This document shows positions 9,663-18,369 of a DNA stretch of 64,000 nucleotides, one piece after another. Every line of letters starts with the position of its first letter. The stretch's first letter is position 1. A model generated the notes under the pieces. That model searched no databases, had not been told where the DNA came from, and saw only the letters and a program-made list of their open reading frames with translations. Source of the stretch: Marmoricola sp. Its GTDB lineage: Bacteria > Actinomycetota > Actinomycetes > Propionibacteriales > Nocardioidaceae. The stretch spans positions 5,178-69,177 of the forward strand of contig JBKJIN010000032.1 of the NCBI GenBank assembly GCA_046598425.1. The letters run 5' to 3'. Made by a program: the position numbers and the translations under genes.

Positions 9663-10702
9663 GCCTGGAGTTCGCCGCCACCGTCGCCGACCGCGGACTC
9701 GACGTCGCGTTCGAGGTCGCCGACGGCGAGACCGTTGCGCTGCTCGGTCAGAACGGCGCCGGTAAGTCGACTGTCCTCGCCGTCGCTGCCGGACAGCTCC
9801 GCCCCAACACCGCTCGGGTCCTCCTGGACGGCCGTGCGCTGACAGTGACCGACGAGCGCGTCGACCTGGCGCCGTACCGGCGCGGGATCGCGATGCTGGC
9901 CCAGGAACCCCTGCTCTTCCCGCACCTGACCGTCCGGGAGAACGTGGCGTTCGCTCCCCGCAGCCACGGACGGCCACGCCGCGACGCCCACCGCGACGCC
10001 GAACGCCTGCTCGCCGAGGTCGGCGTACCGAACCTCGCCGACCGGAAAGCGACTGAGCTCTCCGGCGGGCAGGCCCAGCGCGTCGCGGTCGCCCGCGCCC
10101 TGGCCGCCGAACCCCGGCTGCTCCTGCTCGACGAGCCGATGGCTGCCCTCGACATCGGCGTCCGACCGGCGTTGCGGCAGCTGCTCCGACGGGTGCTCGC
10201 GAGCAGGACCGCGGTGATCGTCACCCACGACGTCCTGGACGCCCTGCTGCTCGCCGACCGGGTGATCGTGCTCGAGGCCGGTCGGATCGTCGAGGACGGA
10301 CCGACCAAGGAGGTGCTGGCCCGACCGCGAAGCACCTTCGCCGCCCAGCTCGCCGGGCTGAACCTGCTCACCGGGACCTGGACCGGCGACCGGGTCCGGC
10401 TCGACGACGGCCGCGAGGTCCACGGCCTCCCGCACACATCCCTCGAGATCGGCGAGCCCGCCGTCGCGACCTTCCGCCCGAGCGCCGTCGCGGTCTACCG
10501 GCAGGCGAGCAGCGGCAGCCCGCGGAACACGTTCGCGGTCCGGATCAGCGATCTGGAGCCCTCCGGCGAGCTCGTCCGGGTCCGCGGGGACGGGTTGAGC
10601 GCCGACGTGACGCCGTACGCCGCCGCCGACCTCGACCTGGCTCCGGGGCAGCCGGTGACGTTCACCGTGAAGGCAACCGAGGTCGCGGTCTACGGGTTGT
10701 AG
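9659..10702 (+). CDS. modC: molybdate ABC transporter ATPase with TOBE domain
   Basis: [20 protein letters not shown]; ATGA overlap with modB. Confidence 0.93.
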   Translation: MSLEFAATVADRGLDVAFEVADGETVALLGQNGAGKSTVLAVAAGQLRPNTARVLLDGRALTVTDERVDLAPYRRGIAMLAQEPLLFPHLTVRENVAFAPRSHGRPRRDAHRDAERLLAEVGVPNLADRKATELSGGQAQRVAVARALAAEPRLLLLDEPMAALDIGVRPALRQLLRRVLASRTAVIVTHDVLDALLLADRVIVLEAGRIVEDGPTKEVLARPRSTFAAQLAGLNLLTGTWTGDRVRLDDGREVHGLPHTSLEIGEPAVATFRPSAVAVYRQASSGSPRNTFAVRISDLEPSGELVRVRGDGLSADVTPYAAADLDLAPGQPVTFTVKATEVAVYGL

Positions 10703-10737
10703 CTCAGAGGTCCCGCGGGTTGATGATCTCGAGGCAC

Positions 10738-11361
10738 TCAGACCGACCAGCTCGGGACGATGAAGATCCCGTCCGCCTCGACCGCGACCCCGTGCGCCCC
10801 GGTGATGGTGGCCGCCACGAAGACCTTCCGGCCCTCCGTCCCCGAGACCCAGCCGTCGAGGACGACGTCGCCGAGCGGCAGTGGGTTGCGGTAGCGCAGG
10901 GTCAGCGTGCCGGTGAACGTCACCTGGGTCATCCGGCTCGCCGTCACCCCCATCAGGTGATCGAGCAGCAGCGCACTGACGCCTCCGTGCACCATCCCCG
11001 GAGGCCCTTCGTACGCCGCTGGCAGGTGCACCTCGGCGCGGGTCACGTCGGTCGAGAGATGCACCACCTCCATCGGCGGCGCGACCGCGTTGCGCAACCC
11101 GATCGCCGCGTTCCCCCAGCTCCAGCTTCGGCCCGTCTCGTTGTAGTGGACGCCGGAGTGCCCCTCGATCATCGTCGGCGCCAGCAGCGCGGTCGCGTGC
11201 TCGACCGAGGCCAGGGCCTCGGCGACGACTGCGTCGTCGGCTTGGGTCCGGATGGTCGCGTCGACGAGCACGCGCAGGGCGGCAGCCAACGGGCCGTACC
11301 GCGCCTCCAGGGCGTCGACCTCGGCGTCGGTCAGGTCCACCTGCTGGAACACGGGTCTCAT
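10738..11361 (-). CDS. PaaI family thioesterase
   Basis: YEGPPGMVHGG…LLDH hotdog motif. Confidence 0.88.
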   Translation of the reverse strand: MRPVFQQVDLTDAEVDALEARYGPLAAALRVLVDATIRTQADDAVVAEALASVEHATALLAPTMIEGHSGVHYNETGRSWSWGNAAIGLRNAVAPPMEVVHLSTDVTRAEVHLPAAYEGPPGMVHGGVSALLLDHLMGVTASRMTQVTFTGTLTLRYRNPLPLGDVVLDGWVSGTEGRKVFVAATITGAHGVAVEADGIFIVPSWSV

Positions 11362-13313
11362 GGGCTCGTCTCGAGTCGGGCCACGGCGCGCGCGGCATCG
11401 TCGGTGGCTTTGCGGATCAGCCCCAGGCCGGTCGCATCGCCGATCGCCGTCACCGGGATCCCCGGGAGCCTCTCACGCAGGGCGTCGTACAGGGTCAGGT
11501 CGGCCTGCACCTCCCCCACCAGAAAGACCGTGTCTGCGGCGAGCTGCCGGGGCGTGCCGCCGTACGGCGTGAACGCCAGGCCGTCCCGGACGACCTGCTC
11601 GACGACGGCGCCGACGTGGACGGTGACCCCGAGGCGGTCCAGGCGGTTCATCTCCTCCGTCTTCCGCTTCCAGCCGATCTCCGGGGCGAGCTCCGGTCCG
11701 GCCGCTAGGAGGGTGACGAGGTGGTCACGCTCGGCGAGGAAGACCGCCGCGGAGACGGCGACGAGGTCGCCGCCGACGATCGCGACCCGGTGGCCCGGGC
11801 GGGGCCCGTCACCGCCGAGCAGGTGCCGCAATGCGGCGCCGTTGAGCACGTGCGGCAGCTCAGCGCCGGGGATCTCCACCGGCTCGACCCGCCCGCCAGT
11901 GGCGACGACCACGGCAGCCGGAGCCAGCGCGACCACGTCGTCCGGGCGGGCCCGGAACCCCAGGCGCAGGTCGACCTCGGCCTCGGCCACCTCGGCGCGC
12001 AGGTACTCCAGGAACGGCGCGTTGTCCGGGTGGACGGCACTGGCCCAGCGGAACGCCCCGCCGACCTCGGGCTCGGCCTCGAACAGCGTCACCCGGTGAC
12101 CGGCGGCCACCGCGACCCGGGCCGTCTCCAGCCCGCCGGGGCCGGCGCCGATGATGACGACGTGACGGCGCTCCCGAGCTGCGCCCAGGGTCAGCTCGAG
12201 CTCCTTGCCGGTCCGCGGGTTGACCGCGCAGTCGACGGAGAAGCGCTGCTCGAGGGAGTCGATGCAGTTCTCGCAGGAGATGCATCGGCGGACCCGACCG
12301 CCGGAGCGCAGCTTGTTCGGCAGGTCCGGGTCGGCGAGCAGCGGGCGGCCCATCGCGACGAAGTCGGCGCGGCCGTCGGCCAGAACCCTCTCGGCCAACG
12401 CCGGGTCGTGCAGCCGACCCACGGCGATCACCGGGACGTCGACGACCTGCTTCACCGCGGCCGCGGCCCCGACGTTCAACCCGTCGCCGTCGTCGGACCC
12501 GTTGACCATCTTGGTGACCAGCCGGTCGATCACGCCGCCACTGACGTGGAACGCGTGGACACCGGCAGCGACCAGGGTCGGCGCCACCTGGGCGGTCTCG
12601 TACATCGGGCGACCGCCAGCGACCCGCTCGAACCCGGAGATCCGCAGGGTCACCGGGAAGTCGGCGCCGACCTCGGAACGGATCGCGGCGAGCGCCTCCA
12701 GCACCGCCCGCAGCCGACCCTGGGCGGTATCGCCGCGGTAGTCGTCGGTACGCCGGTTGCGCTGCGGCGCCAGGAAGGAGCCGAGCAGCATGTAGCCGTG
12801 CGCGGCGTGCAGCTCGATGCCGTCGTACCCGGCCTCGCGGGCGCGACGTACTGCGGCTTTGTAGAGGTCGAGCACCGCGCCGAACTGGGCCACAGTGATC
12901 TCCTCCGACGGTCGTCCGGTCAGGTACGACGGAATGACCGACGGGCCGAGCGAGGTGACGCCGTGCATCTCCGGGCCGAGCCCGTCCGGACCGGCGTGCA
13001 CGATCTGCGGCTGGATCTTCGCACCGTGCTCGTGGACCGCGTCCACCAACCGACGGTGGGCTTCGACGGAGGCGTCGGTGCCGAGGTGCAGACCGCCGGG
13101 CGTCTCCGGGTGTTGGTGGTCGATGCCGGTCGCCCCGACGGTGATCAGGCCGACCCCGCCGGCGGCGCGGGCTGCGAAGTACGCGACCGTCCGCTCCGAC
13201 GGCAGTCCGTCGGGGGTGCCGTACATGGTCTCCATCGGAGACATGACCAGCCGGTTGCGCAGCTCCATCGTGCCGATCCGGCCTGGGCGGAGCAGGTGCG
13301 GGTACTCAGGCAC
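11358..13313 (-). CDS. FMN/Fe-S/FAD oxidoreductase (2,4-dienoyl-CoA reductase/BaiCD-like)
   Basis: OYE barrel (ELHAAHGY), CISCENC…C cluster, GAGPGG; GTG start overlaps the upstream stop. Confidence 0.9.
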   Translation of the reverse strand: MPEYPHLLRPGRIGTMELRNRLVMSPMETMYGTPDGLPSERTVAYFAARAAGGVGLITVGATGIDHQHPETPGGLHLGTDASVEAHRRLVDAVHEHGAKIQPQIVHAGPDGLGPEMHGVTSLGPSVIPSYLTGRPSEEITVAQFGAVLDLYKAAVRRAREAGYDGIELHAAHGYMLLGSFLAPQRNRRTDDYRGDTAQGRLRAVLEALAAIRSEVGADFPVTLRISGFERVAGGRPMYETAQVAPTLVAAGVHAFHVSGGVIDRLVTKMVNGSDDGDGLNVGAAAAVKQVVDVPVIAVGRLHDPALAERVLADGRADFVAMGRPLLADPDLPNKLRSGGRVRRCISCENCIDSLEQRFSVDCAVNPRTGKELELTLGAARERRHVVIIGAGPGGLETARVAVAAGHRVTLFEAEPEVGGAFRWASAVHPDNAPFLEYLRAEVAEAEVDLRLGFRARPDDVVALAPAAVVVATGGRVEPVEIPGAELPHVLNGAALRHLLGGDGPRPGHRVAIVGGDLVAVSAAVFLAERDHLVTLLAAGPELAPEIGWKRKTEEMNRLDRLGVTVHVGAVVEQVVRDGLAFTPYGGTPRQLAADTVFLVGEVQADLTLYDALRERLPGIPVTAIGDATGLGLIRKATDDAARAVARLETSP

Positions 13314-14418
13314 CGAAGCGTCCGGCGAAGGCCCGCAGCGGCAGGTCGGCGCTGGTGATGATGCCCGCCGGGGCCTCGACGACCGCACGGATCGCGTTGA
13401 GCGCCGGCAACCCAGTGACCGTCATGCCGATCGAAGCGAACGCCGCGGCGTCGAACGGCGTCCCGGGCCGCGGGATGATCATGTGCTTGCTGTAGACGAT
13501 CGGGTCGCCGTCGATCCGGGTGATGTAGCAGCCCTGCACGTCCCACTTCGGCTCGGTCTTCGGCGTCATCTGCCACTCCAGGCCGAGCTCGACCCGGGGC
13601 ACCCCGTCGACCTTGCCGACGTAGGCGAACTTGGCTCCGCCGACGGACCCCTTCGGGAGCTGGTACCAGCCCAGGTCGACATCCTCGGTGCAGGCCCCGA
13701 GCTCACACTCGAAATCGACGCTGTCCAGCTTGATGCCCAGCGCGTCGGCCATCAGGTAGACCCCGTCACCGAAGACCCGGCAGCCGAGCTCGAGCTTGCG
13801 GACCTGTTCCGGGTCGTCGGCGGGGAAGCCGAAGCCGCAGTTCTTCCAGGTCTCCACCGAGTGGTGGCAGGAGACGTCGACCGACTCGATGCAGGTGACC
13901 TTCTCGATGTCGGCGACGTCCGCGGAATGCACGATAGTGAGGATCTGAGCCAGCCCCGGGTTCATCCCGGTGCCGTAGAAGGTCGAGCCGCCGCGCGCAC
14001 AGGCGGCGGCGATCACCTCGGACTCGGTGCGACCGTCGGTCAGCCGGTGGTTGGCGTTGCGGTGGTGGCCGGTGACGAAGTCAGCGGTGGTGACGATGTC
14101 GATGCCCGCTTCGAGGACCCGCTCGTACAACTCGACGTCGGGCCAGACCCCGTGGAAGGTGAGAACGTCAGGTCGGACCTCGATGATCTCCTCGACGGTC
14201 CCGGTGGCCAGGACGCCGACCAACGCTCCCCCGGCGAGCTCACCAGCATCCCGCCCGATCTTCTCCGGCGTGTAGCAGTGCAGACCGACCAGTTCCAGGT
14301 CCGGGTGCCGCTGGATCCGGCCGATCATCTCGGCCCCGACGTTGCCGGTGGCGACCTGGAAAACCCGCACCGGACGGCCGGAGGTCGAGGGGTACGGGTC
14401 AGTGCCGACGAGAGCCAT
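13306..14418 (-). CDS. dihydrodipicolinate-reductase-like / NAD(P)H amine dehydrogenase family protein
   Basis: QVATGNVG, KIGRDAGEL, GTGMNPG, NAIRAVVEAPAGI. Confidence 0.8.
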   Translation of the reverse strand: MALVGTDPYPSTSGRPVRVFQVATGNVGAEMIGRIQRHPDLELVGLHCYTPEKIGRDAGELAGGALVGVLATGTVEEIIEVRPDVLTFHGVWPDVELYERVLEAGIDIVTTADFVTGHHRNANHRLTDGRTESEVIAAACARGGSTFYGTGMNPGLAQILTIVHSADVADIEKVTCIESVDVSCHHSVETWKNCGFGFPADDPEQVRKLELGCRVFGDGVYLMADALGIKLDSVDFECELGACTEDVDLGWYQLPKGSVGGAKFAYVGKVDGVPRVELGLEWQMTPKTEPKWDVQGCYITRIDGDPIVYSKHMIIPRPGTPFDAAAFASIGMTVTGLPALNAIRAVVEAPAGIITSADLPLRAFAGRFGA

Positions 14419-14457
14419 GGGGTGAGGTTCGCACACCGGGTGGCGCGCATCAAGACT

Positions 14458-14479
14458 TTTCACAGAGGGTTCTATGAAA
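14458..14479. promoter_or_regulatory. inverted repeat operator (probable TetR site) between divergent units
   Basis: TTTCACAGAG-GG-TTCTATGAAA. Confidence 0.6.
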
Positions 14480-14594
14480 CAGTACGCTGGAACCCCCTCA
14501 CCTCCAGGAGAGCTGCGTGATCCTCACTTCCTTCGTCAACGGGCTCTCGACCACTCGGTCTCGAGCAAGCTCGGGCGCGCGGTAGCCCCGGCCC

Positions 14595-15461
14595 GTGGAC
14601 TTCGCCATCGTCGGCGCCTTTGTCCCGACCGAGGAACTGCGACCGATCGCGGTCGCGGCAGACGAGCTCGGCTACGCGAGCCTGGCCATCGCCGACCACG
14701 TCGTCGACCTGGAGACGCTCCAGACGCCGTACCCATACGAGGCGGACGGCTCCCGGCGCTGGGACGCCACCTGCGAGTGGCCCGACCCGTGGGTGCTCTC
14801 GGCGGCACTGGCCGCTGTCACCACCCGGCTCACCTTCTTCACCTCGATCTACGTCGCCGCGCTCCGCAGCCCGTACCAGGTCGCGAAGTCGGTCGGGACC
14901 GCCGCGGTCCTCTCCGGCAACCGGGTCCGGCTCGGCGTCGGCGTCGGCTGGTGCCGCGAGGAGTTCGAACTGCTCGGTCAGGACTTCAGCACCCGCGGCC
15001 GGGCGACCGACGAGGGCCTCGCCCTTCTCCGCACCCTCTGGGAGACGGAGTGGGCCTCCTCCGACGGCCCGCTCTTCCCGACGCCCCGGCTGACGATGAG
15101 CCCGCGGCCGACCGCCCGGGTGCCGATCCTGGTCGGCGGCATGTCCGAGGTCGCGTTGCGGCGCGCTGCCCGCAACGACGGCTGGATCGGCGACATCTGC
15201 TCGACCGACGAGGCAATCGGGTGGGCGATGAGGCTGCGTGAACTGCGGGCCGAGATCGGCGTGACCGAGAAGGCGACGGTCATCGCCGCGCTCAACGACG
15301 CCCTGGTCCCCGACGACTTCGCCCGGGCCGAGGCCGGCGGCGTGACCGACGTGATGACCCAGCCCTGGATGTACTACTACGGCCGCAAGGCCAGCCTGGA
15401 GCAGAAGCTCGACGGGATGGAGCGGTTCGCCGCCGACGTACTCCATCCCCTAAATCGCTGA
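14595..15461 (+). CDS. LLM-class F420-dependent oxidoreductase (TIGR03619-like)
   Basis: ADHVV…YPY, WPDPWV, RVRLGVGVGWCREEF, PILVGG. Confidence 0.88.
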   Translation: MDFAIVGAFVPTEELRPIAVAADELGYASLAIADHVVDLETLQTPYPYEADGSRRWDATCEWPDPWVLSAALAAVTTRLTFFTSIYVAALRSPYQVAKSVGTAAVLSGNRVRLGVGVGWCREEFELLGQDFSTRGRATDEGLALLRTLWETEWASSDGPLFPTPRLTMSPRPTARVPILVGGMSEVALRRAARNDGWIGDICSTDEAIGWAMRLRELRAEIGVTEKATVIAALNDALVPDDFARAEAGGVTDVMTQPWMYYYGRKASLEQKLDGMERFAADVLHPLNR

Positions 15462-15569
15462 CCCGTCGCGAAAGTGCTCGTGACAATCGTCGACCCGGCG
15501 CGAAAGTGCTCGTGTAACTGCACTTTCACGACGGGTCGACGGGGTTTTCCCGAACTTTCACGACGGGTC
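15460..15569. repeat. nested REP/BIME-like palindromic element (A A B B)
   Basis: GACCCGTCGCGAAAGTGCTCGTG at 15460 and (1 mismatch) 15492; inverted copies ACTTTCACGACGGGTC at ~15522 and 15554. Confidence 0.75.
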
Positions 15570-16196
15570 AGTGGAGAGGTACGCCGCGATCGCGTTGCGC
15601 AGGCCCCGCTTCGCGTCGTCCATGTTCGAGTAGGTGCTCAGGTGCCGCTCCGCGGTCAGCCCCTGCATTGCCCCGGGGATCATCGCCGCCATCTCGCGGA
15701 CCCGGACCGGGTCGACGTCCAGGTCGGCGAAGGCTTGCTGGCACGCCTCTACCCAGCCGTCCTGCCAGGCCGCCAGCTCGGCAGCGGTCTTCGGGAACGA
15801 GCGCTCCAGCTCCTCGCGCTCGCGCGGTAGCGCGCTGCGCAGGGTGTCCATCGCGCGAGCATCGGGGTGGTCGAGGCCGCGCCAGAGCAGGTCGACGATC
15901 TGCCCGACCCGCTCCTCGAGCCCGGCGTCCACGTCGCTGCGCAGCTCGAGCTGCCCCCGGCGCTCGCCGATGAAGCCGAGCACCGCGGCCCAGAAGTCGT
16001 CGACGTCGCCGAACTGGTACTTCACCGCGCCCCAGGTCACCCCGACCTGTTTGGCGATGTGGTTGGCCGAGACCGCGTTCGGGTCACCGGTGGCCAGTGC
16101 CCGCAGCGCGGCCTCCAGCATGTTCTGCCGAGTCTGGCTCCCCCGACGGTTCGGGCGGTGTGCTGAAGCCCCTTGGGTGGCGCCCGACGTGGTCAC
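15558..16196 (-). CDS. TetR/AcrR family regulator
   Basis: HTH VSANHIAKQVGVTWGAVKYQFG; TATGCT -10 lies 7 nt before GTG. Confidence 0.88.
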   Translation of the reverse strand: MTTSGATQGASAHRPNRRGSQTRQNMLEAALRALATGDPNAVSANHIAKQVGVTWGAVKYQFGDVDDFWAAVLGFIGERRGQLELRSDVDAGLEERVGQIVDLLWRGLDHPDARAMDTLRSALPREREELERSFPKTAAELAAWQDGWVEACQQAFADLDVDPVRVREMAAMIPGAMQGLTAERHLSTYSNMDDAKRGLRNAIAAYLSTDPS

Positions 16197-16301
16197 CCGC
16201 CGGAGCATAGCCAGGTGCGCGCCGTACGACGCCGAGGACGAAAGTCCCGAGACCGCCCAAACCATTCCGTCCTGACCAGGCTTGTGGTTCACTGGGTACG
16301 G

Positions 16302-16325
16302 CTATTTGCTCGCTTGGTCAAATAG
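16302..16325. promoter_or_regulatory. inverted repeat upstream of the P450
   Basis: CTATTTG-N10-CAAATAG; contains a KstR2-like half-site CGCTTGGT. Confidence 0.45.
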
Positions 16326-16356
16326 TATCTCAGGCCGAGAGAAGGACTCACGTCAG

Positions 16357-17589
16357 ATGACCACCACCGAACTGCCCGAGGGCTTCGACTTCACCGACCC
16401 GGACACGATGCTGGCCGGTGTTCCGCTTACCGAGCACGCGATCGCCCGCCAGACCTCACCGGTGCACTGGGTCGAACAACCCCAGAACGCTCGCGACGGC
16501 ATGGAGGGCGGCACCGGCTACTGGGCCATCTCCCGCCATGCCGACGTTCTCAAGGTGTCGAAGGACAGCAAGAACTTCTCCAGCGCCGAGAACTCCGCCG
16601 TCATCCGGTTCCCCGAGGGGATGGTCCGCGAGATGATCGAGTTCCAGCGCGTGATGATCCTGAACCAGGATCCGCCGGACCACTCCACCACGCGACGAAT
16701 CATCTCCCGCGGTTTCACCCCACGTTCGATCGGCGCCCTCGACGAGATCATGACCGAGCGGGCGCACAAGATCGTCGCCGACGCCCTGGCGAAGGGTGAC
16801 GTCGACTTCGTCACCGATGTCGCCGCAGAACTGCCCCTCCAGGCGATCGCCGACCTTCTCGGCGTCCCCCAGGAGGACCGCACGAAGCTCTTCGACTGGT
16901 CCAACATGATGCTGGCCGGCGAAGACCCGGAGTTCGAGGGCCAGGCAGAAGTCGCGGCAGCGGAGATCCTCGCGTACTCGATGGCGATGGCCGCCGACCG
17001 CAGGGAGAACCCGCGCGACGACATCGTCACCAAGTTGATCAACGCCGATGTCGACGGCCGAGGACTGACCGAGGACGAGTTCGGCTACTTCGTCATCATC
17101 TTGACCGTCGCCGGCAACGAGACGACCCGTAACGCCATCACCCATGGCATGAACGCGTTCCTCGACCACCCCGACCAGTGGGACCTCTGGGTCAAGGAAC
17201 GGCCCACCACGATGGTCGACGAAGTGATCCGCTGGGCCACCCCAGTCAACGCTTTCCAGCGCACCGCGATCAACGACGTCGAGATCAACGGACAGAAGAT
17301 TCTCGCCGGCCAGCGGGTGGGGATCTTCTACGCCAGCGCCAACCACGACGAGGACGTCTTCGCGGACCCGCACACCTTCGACATCACCCGCGAGCACAAC
17401 CCGCACCTCGCCTTCGGCGGGCACGGCGCGCACTACTGCATCGGCGCCAACCTGGCTCGCCAGGAAGTCATCATCATGTTCAACGCCCTGGCTGACCAGT
17501 GCACCAAGATCGAACGTCTCGGCGAGGCCGTTCGCCTGCGGCACAGCTGGATCAACGGCATCAAGGAGATGCAGGTCAGGCTTAGCTGA
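16357..17589 (+). CDS. cytochrome P450 (CYP125-like steroid/branched-lipid omega-oxidase)
   Basis: FDFTDPD N-terminus, AGNETTRNA I-helix, EVIR, FGGHGAHYCIG heme motif. Confidence 0.92.
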   Translation: MTTTELPEGFDFTDPDTMLAGVPLTEHAIARQTSPVHWVEQPQNARDGMEGGTGYWAISRHADVLKVSKDSKNFSSAENSAVIRFPEGMVREMIEFQRVMILNQDPPDHSTTRRIISRGFTPRSIGALDEIMTERAHKIVADALAKGDVDFVTDVAAELPLQAIADLLGVPQEDRTKLFDWSNMMLAGEDPEFEGQAEVAAAEILAYSMAMAADRRENPRDDIVTKLINADVDGRGLTEDEFGYFVIILTVAGNETTRNAITHGMNAFLDHPDQWDLWVKERPTTMVDEVIRWATPVNAFQRTAINDVEINGQKILAGQRVGIFYASANHDEDVFADPHTFDITREHNPHLAFGGHGAHYCIGANLARQEVIIMFNALADQCTKIERLGEAVRLRHSWINGIKEMQVRLS

Positions 17590-17595
17590 GCCTGA

Positions 17596-18258
17596 TCAGG
17601 CCGGCACGTCGGCCTGGAGCCCGTAACTGGTGAACAGCGCGAGCTGTTCGACGAACTCGGGGTCCAGGCCCTTCGGCCCGGTCGGACGACCGTAGCCGCC
17701 GAGATCTGCCGCGGCGAGCGCGGTCAGCATCGAGAACATCCCAATCGGCGCTCGCAGTTCGATCGCCGCTGCGTCCAGATTCGGTACGGCGGACGCAGCG
17801 GTGATGAACAGCGTCGCAATGTCGCCGAAACCCTCACCCTGGTCATCGATGGCGAAGGCAATCACCTCGTCGCCGTTCAAAGCCAGCGTGATCACGATCC
17901 GTAGCCACCGGACCCCGCTCTCGGGATCGTTGTTGATCTCCTCGACAAACGGGAACAGAACCGCGTCGACGAGTTGGCGAGTGTTGACCACCTCGCAGGA
18001 CTGCAAGGCGTGCAGTCGCCGACGTACCTCATTACCGAGCCCGCGACCACGTCGCATCACCACGGCGTCCACCAGCGTCCGCTTGGCTGGGAAGTGGTGG
18101 GTCAGCGCAGCAGGCGCAACGCCGGCCTCTCGTGCGATCGCCCGCATCGAAACGTTGTCGACGCCGTGCGTGCCAAAAAGTTCTTCGGCGGTGTCGAGGA
18201 GGACTGAGGGCACGTCGACATCGACCCGAGGGCCACGTCGACGCTGCATCTCGCTCAC
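17596..18258 (-). CDS. TetR/AcrR family regulator
   Basis: VSMRAIAREAGVAPAALTHHF. Confidence 0.88.
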   Translation of the reverse strand: MSEMQRRRGPRVDVDVPSVLLDTAEELFGTHGVDNVSMRAIAREAGVAPAALTHHFPAKRTLVDAVVMRRGRGLGNEVRRRLHALQSCEVVNTRQLVDAVLFPFVEEINNDPESGVRWLRIVITLALNGDEVIAFAIDDQGEGFGDIATLFITAASAVPNLDAAAIELRAPIGMFSMLTALAAADLGGYGRPTGPKGLDPEFVEQLALFTSYGLQADVPA

Positions 18259-18369
18259 GGGGCTCACCCTAGGGGTTCCTGACCTTGGTCTCCCAGATCA
18301 CCCCAGCGCCTGGGACTTGGTGTCGCATGTCCCTTCCGAACCCCTTGGCGTGGGCAGTAGCGTCCCGAC

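Noticed and set aside
16302-16325. Full KstR2 box upstream of the P450
   Set aside because: Only the CTTGGT half of AnCAAGnnCTTGnT matches
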